33,487 nucleotides of DNA from Candidatus Bathyarchaeota archaeon (GTDB lineage: Archaea > Thermoproteota > Bathyarchaeia > Bathyarchaeales > WUQV01). The notes below the pieces were generated by a model. It saw nothing but the letters and a program-made list of their open reading frames with translations. It was not told the DNA's origin and made no database searches. Positions 9,645 through 16,543 of the stretch are shown here, in pieces. The DNA lies in contig JAOZNA010000003.1 of assembly GCA_029934005.1 (NCBI GenBank), forward strand, positions 1-33,487, given 5' to 3'. Position 1 is the stretch's first letter; the number at the start of each line of letters is the position of its first letter. A program made the translations under genes and the position numbers.

Positions 9645-10130
9645 ATGGTGATGCCAATAAAAGCCCAAACCTACCTCCCAAAAATGTCCATTCTACTAAT
9701 AATAATGGTGGCAGTAGCATCAGCCATAACAGCCTTAATAGCTTCAGGCATCCTAACAAGAAACATCAGAGTTCCAAACAGTGGGCAAGTAAAAACTATA
9801 GGAATAGGCGCTTATCAAGATCCTCAGTGCCAAATTCCCTTACAATCAATTGATTGGGGAGACTTACTCCCTGGAGACCAGAAAAGCAGAACAATTTATT
9901 TAAAAAATGAAGGAGATGTGACAATTATCCTTACTCATACCGTAGGAAATTGGACTCCAACGGAAGCGCAAAACTATCTAAGTTTGACTTGGAATCGAGA
10001 AAACTATGTAGTTCAACCTAACGAAATCATCAATGCTACTTTAACCCTCACAGTTAATGCAACTGCACCTGGATTTGGAAGTTTCACGTTCGACTTGACA
10101 ATTATAGGAACAGAACAAGTAGAAGCGTAG
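9645..10130 (+). CDS. Small signal-anchored secreted beta-sandwich protein (paralog family member 1)
   Basis: The track ORF starts at GTG 9585. ATG 9645 (MVMPIKAQ...) is better placed relative to the TATA-like box. An N-terminal TM segment (MSILLIIMVAVASAITALIASGIL) is followed by a beta-rich domain (IDWGDLLPGDQKSRTIYLKNEGDVTIIL ... NATLTLTVNATA ... FTFDLTIIG). This domain is collinear with ORFs 17827-18375 and 15668-15925. Confidence 0.75.
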   Translation: MVMPIKAQTYLPKMSILLIIMVAVASAITALIASGILTRNIRVPNSGQVKTIGIGAYQDPQCQIPLQSIDWGDLLPGDQKSRTIYLKNEGDVTIILTHTVGNWTPTEAQNYLSLTWNRENYVVQPNEIINATLTLTVNATAPGFGSFTFDLTIIGTEQVEA

Positions 10131-10146
10131 TTCCCACTAGGCATCG

Positions 10147-10187
10147 CTTGGCGTGGCGTTCCCTCCATACGCCACAGAACAGCCAAG
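10147..10187. terminator. GC-rich bulged hairpin between convergent genes (possible bidirectional terminator or structured RNA)
   Basis: CTTGGC-GTGGCGT-tccctccat-ACGCCAC-agaaca-GCCAAG gives 13 paired positions. It is conspicuously GC-rich in an AT-rich intergenic region between the stops at 10130 (+) and 10238 (-). Confidence 0.35.
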
Positions 10188-10237
10188 ACGAAGAAGTCAC
10201 AGAGAGAAAGGAATTACTTGAATAAGATGATAAGGAA

Positions 10238-10444
10238 TTAGAACGGGTAGAAAACACGCATCACAACAGTAATCATAAAACCTACTCCCAAAGCCAGAGC
10301 CACCAATCTTAACCGTTTCTTTTCTATCAAAATTTTTCCGGTGTATTCGGTTGCAGATGATATAAGTTCTGAAGTTATTAAAAGTAATATTGCCATAAAA
10401 GCCAGCCAAAGGCTTATATCCGACATGGATAAGGGAAAGTTCAT
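10238..10444 (-). CDS. Small two-TM membrane protein, last gene of the archaeosortase operon
   Basis: ATG at 10444 (MNFPLSMSDISLW...) lies 2 nt after the upstream stop at 10447. There are two hydrophobic helices separated by KILIEKKRLR. The longer track start at 10471 would overlap the upstream gene. Confidence 0.55.
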   Translation of the reverse strand: MNFPLSMSDISLWLAFMAILLLITSELISSATEYTGKILIEKKRLRLVALALGVGFMITVVMRVFYPF

Positions 10445-10446
10445 TT

Positions 10447-11352
10447 TTAATCCTCTACAAAACTGTACCAAAACTCCACGGTTTGAAAATCTGTTGATAC
10501 ATTATCCTTTTCTATTGTAACTATTTTTCCAGATGCCTTAGCTATTGCACATGCTATAGCGCTTGCGAGTGGACATCCGAGAAAATGAACACTCTTTAAG
10601 TTTTGTTCTCTTTTATACAAATTCTTATAAATTGAATCATCTATTCTTACGTAAATTTTTTTCTTATCCCTTTTCATTTCAACTTCCTTTGCTAGCTCCA
10701 AACTTTCCGTAATTATTTGTGGGAGCCTTTCAAGAAGTGTCTCTAAATCTACCTTAGTAACATCTTCTCTCAGTTCTCTTTCAATTTGGTTTAGCAAGCC
10801 AAGTCCAGGTGGAGAAATACAGATTCCATTCGGATTTTTAAGTAGAAATTTGCTTTTCGCAATTTCTTCTATAGAGGGCATTTCTGGCCGAGTATCCGCT
10901 GATATGAAGACAACCATTTCTTTTAAGCCCCTAAGATATTCCGGCAGATAGACATCCTTCGGATAAGGCGGAATATAATAGCTTCTGCCTTTAAATTTTA
11001 AGTCATTTACTATTCTATCAACCGTTATGTATGTCGAAGTTGCTGCTAAGTCCAGTAAACTGCCTTTAACATATCTTATCGGCTTTATGAAGAAGAACAG
11101 AAATCCCCAAAATGTTAAGCTTAGCCCAATAAACGCGAGTATTTGGGATTCGCTAAGCACAGACAATACAAGTACAGTAATCCCAGAGGTCGTAAGCGTT
11201 ACTCCCACTTTTTCAGAGGGGATTCGTTTTGAACGTTCTAATTCAAACTTTAAACTTTCAATTTCAGATTGTAATTCCCGTATCCTTTCCACTAAGTATT
11301 TAGTTGTCCGCAGTTCAGAAAACGAACTTTCAACTTTCTCTTTTTCACTCAT
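10447..11352 (-). CDS. Membrane protein: N-terminal coiled coil + 2 TM + about 190-aa C-terminal domain, unknown function
   Basis: The track start at 11364 is TTG; an in-frame ATG at 11352 gives MSEKEKVES.... A heptad-like segment reads LVERIRELQSEIESLKFELERSK. The TM pair is VGVTLTTSGITVLVLSVLS / ILAFIGLSLTFWGFLFFFI. The gene starts 40 nt downstream of the archaeosortase stop. Confidence 0.75.
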   Translation of the reverse strand: MSEKEKVESSFSELRTTKYLVERIRELQSEIESLKFELERSKRIPSEKVGVTLTTSGITVLVLSVLSESQILAFIGLSLTFWGFLFFFIKPIRYVKGSLLDLAATSTYITVDRIVNDLKFKGRSYYIPPYPKDVYLPEYLRGLKEMVVFISADTRPEMPSIEEIAKSKFLLKNPNGICISPPGLGLLNQIERELREDVTKVDLETLLERLPQIITESLELAKEVEMKRDKKKIYVRIDDSIYKNLYKREQNLKSVHFLGCPLASAIACAIAKASGKIVTIEKDNVSTDFQTVEFWYSFVED

Positions 11353-11392
11353 TTTTAACAACAAATAAAACTTTTACATATTTTTAAGCTTT

Positions 11393-13456
11393 TTAGATTT
11401 CTAATTCATAAACTTTCCACACTAATTTAGGAACATTGTCAACGGACACAACATCCTTCCTTATAAAGCCATACTCCTCAAGGCGATTCAAAATGTCAAT
11501 TAATTCATCATTTTTCATAGATTTTCCAGTTTTTTCCCTAAAAGCATTCATAATTTCCATAGTCCCTACGTACTTTTTCTCCTTAGCCAAATCTATGACT
11601 GTCTGGAGAACGAGTTTATCATTTTTAGAGGCAAACCCTCTAAAAATTTTCAAATTTCTCATTCTTTTTCTTAATTCGTAACTATATTGACCTATTTTTG
11701 TAACAATAATTAAAACGGTTGAAATAACGAGTAGAAATTGTAACGCCGGGATTCCAAGTGAAATTAAACTCTGAAATTTTAGCGGTTCCCAATAAGAAGC
11801 AATAATTTTTCCTATACTCAACAATTCATTTTCAAATTCCCTATAATTTGTTGACTCATATGTTAATATTATTAAGCTTATTCTAACATACTTTTGTCCC
11901 ACAGTTACTCCTGTATCAAATGTTGCTCTTTCAAACCAATAAAGTGTAATCTGCGTATAGTTTTGTGGAGCTTTAAACGCCAAATAACGTGCAATTATAG
12001 AGGTGCCTTCCAGCAGATCTATTTCTCTGGAATCCAGCACTTTTACCAGAGGGTATCGTCCATGAGCCATTTGCCAGGTTATTAAGCATACTTCCCAACT
12101 ATGAAGGTTGGAAATGCTATTTGCAACATTTATTGAAACATATACGGTTGGTTTTGAGTAGTTTATGGGAAAATAAGCATACACAAGTGCAGCGTCTTGA
12201 TGTGCAATTTTTTCATAGTTTACGTCTCTGTATAAAAATTTAAGCTGATAATCTTGTATTTCTGGGAGAATTTCTGTTGTGTTTGTCCAGCTGGTTCCCG
12301 ATGATATTTTAATTGATTCTCCAGCCATCGCAAAAGTTGGTGCGTTAAGGCTTATGGTCACAAGCCAGCATCCAACTAGAAGCACTAGAACCTTCGCCCA
12401 AGTTTTAAATGAAATTTGCCAATTAGACTGGTTTAGAAAGTTTCCACATCGTAAACAGAAGGAAGCTTTCTCTTTTAGGCTTCTTTTACATTGTCGGCAG
12501 AACTTAATTTCCCGCGGTTTTGTAAAGAATTTTATTTTCAGAACTCTATCTGCAAAAATCAACGTGAAAAACATTCCGATGAATATTAGGATTATGCCTG
12601 CTATAGAGTGAAAAACGAACATGGCAATTTCTTCGCCGAAATAATGTCCTATCGAAACTATGGATGTTATCCGAACAATGTTTAAAGCTTCAAAAATAAA
12701 AAAGCCGCCTATAAACATCAAAATTTTCCTTTTTATTGAAGCTTTGCTAATGAAGGCTAAGAACGCTGAAAACATCGTGAATGCTATTAAGGAGTACATT
12801 CCTGAACATGGTAGGTCAACCGCAAACGAGACAGAATTCGAATCTGATAGTAATTGGATAATGGGTGGTCCATAAGAATATGATAACTTGACTGGAATGC
12901 CAAAACCTCGAAGCAGTATATAGGATATTTGGGTTTCAAAATTTGCCATAGATCCGCCAACAGCGTACATAAACTCCATTGGAGGCGGAACCAAGAAAAA
13001 TAAGAAAACTATTGGAAGAATCGATGTGATTAGTACTTTAGAATTTGATAGGACTAATACTATTCCCATTAAGAATATAGGAAGCGACATAAGGTGATAT
13101 TCCAACGGATAAAAAGTGTGAGAGCCATACCAATAAACCAAAAAAGCTATAAGGCATAAAATAACCCCGGCTAATTCATTCAGGTACTTTGTCGCCGACT
13201 GCTTCCGAATCTTCTCTAAACTAATTGAAGCTTTTATTAAATCCTTTTTTAAATAAAAGAGGAAAATAGCAAAAAATGGCACTAGGAGAATATGGCTGAA
13301 AGCCTCTGTTTGAACAGCCTCGTTAAACAAGATCTTAAGGTCATCACCATAAACAATAAAAATTAGCAAAATAACCAGAACAGCAAAAAAAATACATCGA
13401 TAATTAGTTTTTACGCTTATTCTAATTTTCTCTAACATTCTCATAGCTCTTACCAT
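11393..13456 (-). CDS. Archaeosortase/exosortase-family transpeptidase fused to zinc ribbon, EpsI-like ectodomain and C-terminal winged-helix domain
   Basis: 687 aa with an ATG start. The N-terminal motif is EAFSHILLVPFFAIFLFYLKK. The candidate catalytic Cys is in DLPCSGMYS (C217), the Arg in ALNIVRITS (R262) and the His in VFHSIAGII (H283), all within a polytopic core. CRQC-x10-CLRC spans aa 320-337. After a TM segment, an ectodomain carries EpsI-like LHSWEVCLITWQ and ITLYWFERA. A second TM segment (aa 564-586) and a basic patch are followed by a wHTH-like region, aa 611-683. Confidence 0.85.
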   Translation of the reverse strand: MVRAMRMLEKIRISVKTNYRCIFFAVLVILLIFIVYGDDLKILFNEAVQTEAFSHILLVPFFAIFLFYLKKDLIKASISLEKIRKQSATKYLNELAGVILCLIAFLVYWYGSHTFYPLEYHLMSLPIFLMGIVLVLSNSKVLITSILPIVFLFFLVPPPMEFMYAVGGSMANFETQISYILLRGFGIPVKLSYSYGPPIIQLLSDSNSVSFAVDLPCSGMYSLIAFTMFSAFLAFISKASIKRKILMFIGGFFIFEALNIVRITSIVSIGHYFGEEIAMFVFHSIAGIILIFIGMFFTLIFADRVLKIKFFTKPREIKFCRQCKRSLKEKASFCLRCGNFLNQSNWQISFKTWAKVLVLLVGCWLVTISLNAPTFAMAGESIKISSGTSWTNTTEILPEIQDYQLKFLYRDVNYEKIAHQDAALVYAYFPINYSKPTVYVSINVANSISNLHSWEVCLITWQMAHGRYPLVKVLDSREIDLLEGTSIIARYLAFKAPQNYTQITLYWFERATFDTGVTVGQKYVRISLIILTYESTNYREFENELLSIGKIIASYWEPLKFQSLISLGIPALQFLLVISTVLIIVTKIGQYSYELRKRMRNLKIFRGFASKNDKLVLQTVIDLAKEKKYVGTMEIMNAFREKTGKSMKNDELIDILNRLEEYGFIRKDVVSVDNVPKLVWKVYELEI

Positions 13457-13496
13457 TTACAATTCGTTCAAATCAAGTTCCCTGGTCAATAATGCT

Positions 13497-14177
13497 TTAT
13501 AGTACTCTAAGAATTCTAGAGATCTTACCTCTATACTTAAAGGTGGCAAGTGCCATCATAAACATAAAAACACCCAAAATAGGACCGAACGGATACTGTG
13601 GAACAACATTTTGAAGCGGTACTGTAACTTCTATTATTGGCACTTGAGTACCATCAATCCAGAGAATAACTGCGAGAACTTGTCCTGGTCCCGGAACAAA
13701 ACCTTCCCCGTTATTCTCCGCTTCTTCCACCATATTCCTTCCTTCTTCGGTAGAAGGCATATTTCCACCATCAACAAAATACCATATTGCTTCCTTTATA
13801 TCATCCTTTGTTCCCTGCTTATAGTTTAGAATATAATTGACTTTATCCCAGTCTGGATCTGAATGCGGATTATCCTCATCATAGCTTGAATACATTCTGG
13901 CACTGTATTCTACACCAACACTAATGTAGTGATGCTCATCAACACACCATCCCAAATATATTCCATCTGAAACATGATAGCCAGAAGGTACATCGCTGAG
14001 CATTATATTGTAATAGCAGTTTTCTCCAGGATATTTAATTACTTCCATGGTGATTTCGCTTGAAGGAAGAAGAATGTATGGTGCATTTACAGCTGCATAG
14101 ACAGAACTAGACAGAACTAAAAGTAAGCCAACAAAGGAAATTGCGAATGCTATCTTAATCTTTTTTATAGTATACAT
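13497..14177 (-). CDS. Secreted protein with thioester-domain-like motifs and C-terminal sorting signal (putative archaeosortase substrate)
   Basis: 226 aa with an ATG start and GAGG 7 nt upstream. The signal peptide ends ...SSSVYAAVN. Motifs present are GWCVDE (C78), VNYILNY and IKEAIWYFVDG. The tail is QNVVPQYPFGP + hydrophobic helix + KYRGKISR. Confidence 0.85.
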   Translation of the reverse strand: MYTIKKIKIAFAISFVGLLLVLSSSVYAAVNAPYILLPSSEITMEVIKYPGENCYYNIMLSDVPSGYHVSDGIYLGWCVDEHHYISVGVEYSARMYSSYDEDNPHSDPDWDKVNYILNYKQGTKDDIKEAIWYFVDGGNMPSTEEGRNMVEEAENNGEGFVPGPGQVLAVILWIDGTQVPIIEVTVPLQNVVPQYPFGPILGVFMFMMALATFKYRGKISRILRVL

Positions 14178-14242
14178 GTAATTCCTCTAATCTTTTAATA
14201 ATCGTTATATAAATAATGTAATGTAGAATTTTTATAGAAATC

Positions 14243-14767
14243 TTAAGTGTTTTTTCTACTTAAAAAGGTTGTAAAGACAACTGCCATCAAAAGTATGATG
14301 GCAATGGTTCCTAAAGGAGTATAAGGTATTGTGTTAAATGACGTAGCTCTCACTGGGAAGCTATCCTGGTCACTTTGTGAAGTTTGGCCTTCGCTATTAA
14401 TGAATTTTGCCTTAACTGCCCACTCGCCGACTTCATCTGGTTGATAAGTATCTGTGAACCTATATACTTCTGTACCATCTGGCACTCCCGGCTCACCATT
14501 AGTATACCATATAGTATAAACTTCAACAGTAACATTTCTCTTAACTGTCGTATCGTTATATATCCATGTAAAAATAACTTTAGTTGTCGTATTGTCAGTT
14601 GTATCCGCCCAAGCTGCGACATTTTCACCAACAAGAACTTCTTGTCCATGATGATCCGTTGTTACACGATAACCTGATCCAAGCGATTTTTGAGCGTAAG
14701 CTGCGCTAAAGAATGAGTTAGCAACAAACATGAAAATTAACATCGATAACGCAAGTACTCTTTTCAT
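14243..14767 (-). CDS. Small secreted beta-rich protein with C-terminal sorting signal (putative archaeosortase substrate)
   Basis: The track start at 14776 is TTG; ATG at 14767 gives MKRVLALSMLIFMFVANSFFSAAYA, a signal peptide. The tail is FNTIPYTPLG + TIAIILLMAVVFTTFL + SRKNT. A TATA-like cttataaata lies about 30 nt upstream. Confidence 0.85.
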   Translation of the reverse strand: MKRVLALSMLIFMFVANSFFSAAYAQKSLGSGYRVTTDHHGQEVLVGENVAAWADTTDNTTTKVIFTWIYNDTTVKRNVTVEVYTIWYTNGEPGVPDGTEVYRFTDTYQPDEVGEWAVKAKFINSEGQTSQSDQDSFPVRATSFNTIPYTPLGTIAIILLMAVVFTTFLSRKNT

Positions 14768-14859
14768 TATGACCAACTTGTTATTATTCTTTTTGTTATT
14801 TATAAGTCCATATTGATCTTTACTCTAGAAAACTTCTTGTATTTTCCATTTTCGATTTC

Positions 14860-15546
14860 CTATGTGAATTTTGACTTGAGTATTGTTTTCAGAATTTTTA
14901 TTCCATCAAACAAAACTTGGAGCTTTGATTGATGATATTTTCTCTTTCTACAGTTTATGGGTATTTCTTGGTATTTAAATCCGTTTTTTAAACCTTTAAC
15001 TGTAAGTTCGGTTTCAATTTCGTATCCTTCAGAAGTTAAGTCTAGTTTTTCTAAAACTTCTCTTTTAAATGCCCTAAAACCTGTTTGGCTATCCGTCACG
15101 TATTTCCTTGTCAGAGTCATTATTATCGTATTTATTATTCTATTACCCACCCGATTCAGCTTAGTTGTTGAATCTTTCCCATTTCCCAAAAATCTTGAGC
15201 CAACAGTTATGTCTATACCATTAAAAAGAGGCTTAATCAACTTGGGAATTTCTTTTGGATCATGAGCACCATCTGAATCTAAAGTTATTATTATTTGACC
15301 TTTCGCATGTTTGAACCCTTTCCTTAAAGCGTATCCCTTCCCCCGATTTCTTCCGTTTGAGAGCACCGTTACCTTATATTTTGAAACTATCCACTTTGTT
15401 TTATCGGTTGATCCGTCGTCTACTACTATAATTTCATATGGATTCCTTATGTTTTCTAATACTGAAATTGTCTTATGGAGCACTTCACCTATGGTTCTCT
15501 CTTCATTGTATGCTGGAATAATCACTGAGATAGTCGAATAATCCAA
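14860..15546 (-). CDS. GT2-family glycosyltransferase, polyprenyl/dolichyl-phosphate sugar synthase-like
   Basis: 228 aa with only a TTG start available (GGGAGAG upstream). Motifs: ISVIIPAYNEE, IIVVDDGSTDKT, RGKGYALRKG, TLDSDGAHDP. Confidence 0.85.
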   Translation of the reverse strand: MDYSTISVIIPAYNEERTIGEVLHKTISVLENIRNPYEIIVVDDGSTDKTKWIVSKYKVTVLSNGRNRGKGYALRKGFKHAKGQIIITLDSDGAHDPKEIPKLIKPLFNGIDITVGSRFLGNGKDSTTKLNRVGNRIINTIIMTLTRKYVTDSQTGFRAFKREVLEKLDLTSEGYEIETELTVKGLKNGFKYQEIPINCRKRKYHQSKLQVLFDGIKILKTILKSKFT

Positions 15547-15667
15547 TGGGTTCTCTCCCTTCGCCCCTTTACTTGATATTAAAATGGAAAATTTAAATAG
15601 ATAAGAAAAAATGGTATAGAAAAGTAGATTTTTTGTTCTAGAATATTTTTAAGTAATTTTTTATGTT

Positions 15668-16140
15668 TCATGAAGAATGTTTTTCAGTTATGTGAATAAT
15701 TATGTCAAAACTGAAACTCCTCACGTCATTCTCTACGATGAAATTTATAAAACCGTTGGAGCTTGTAACATTTAGCGTTAATGTCAATTCCACTGTCTCA
15801 TCCGGCTTCAGAATTGTCATATTGCATTCTGGCTCAATTAATATTTCCATATAATCCGTTTTGTTGACTGGTCCAAGAATAGATTTATTTGTAGAATCAT
15901 AAAAAGTCCAATTAAACACCCTCAATAAGTCGAAAGGGAATCACAGGAAAACTTGCATCTGTAAGGAGGGGACTTGCCATACATAAGCCGTCTCTTCAGA
16001 GAGTCGCTTGTATTTTTTAGGTTCCACCAGTAAGCTTTCAATAACGATTTTTTCTTCCGAGTTTGTTACAATTAGCCATATAAATATAAAGGTCAATCAA
16101 AAAAGTAGAAAGAAGACGAGGTAAAGTGAAATGGATAACA
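15668..16140 (-). pseudogene. Decayed paralog of the small secreted beta-sandwich protein (17827-18375), with multiple frameshifts
   Basis: The 85-aa ORF 15668-15925 aligns to the C-terminal half of 17827-18375 (GPVNKTDY, ELTLTLNVTS, FIVENDVRSFSFDI). It has only a TTG start and an in-frame TGA 15 nt upstream. Other frames upstream read LSEETAYVWQVPSLQMQ (compare LSNDQKFLDWGTVYPGIMV) and FIWLIVTNSEE (compare SIWLSHNSD). Confidence 0.65.
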
Positions 16141-16142
16141 GT

Positions 16143-16480
16143 TCAACGAATACGCGATCTATTCACCATATAATCTAAATCTCCGGCTCGTTCATTTTCT
16201 AGCCTATTAAGTGTAGCCTGTCCTATATGATAAATCACTGAAGCTTTAAGCAACCCTTCATTCCGGCTTTCAGTAAAAACCCGGTCCTTTACTTACGATA
16301 ACCTTCAGCCTTTTATCCTTAAATCTATCTATAACCATAAGAGTTTTATCGGTAGAACCACCCTCGATTATAATTAATTCAAGATCCTTAAAACTTTGAT
16401 TTAAAATACTATTTATGGATTCAGTAATAAAATCCTCACAATTATAGACGGAGCATTATTACTGAAATTCTCGTTTTCAT
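16143..16480 (-). pseudogene. Truncated, frameshifted GT2 glycosyltransferase remnant
   Basis: From ATG 16480 the reading is MKTRISVIM, then a frame change to SVYNCEDFITESINSILNQSFKDLELIIIEGGSTDKTL...GPGFY*, then a third frame with ESRNEGLLKAS. This is the GT2 N-terminal signature (ISVIMPVYN...DDGSTD...ARNxG) broken by at least 2 frameshifts, and no DxD region follows. Confidence 0.7.
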
Positions 16481-16543
16481 GAGGTTTCCATCGTTTTAGG
16501 GGTAAAAGGTGTTTTACAGTTAATTAACTATCTAGGATCAAAA

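Noticed and set aside
14350-14677. Overlapping 97-99-aa ORFs on both strands inside gene 14243-14767
   Set aside because: They are alternative-frame or antisense ORFs within a gene that has a clear signal peptide and sorting tail. They show low-complexity, stop-poor AT-rich frames.
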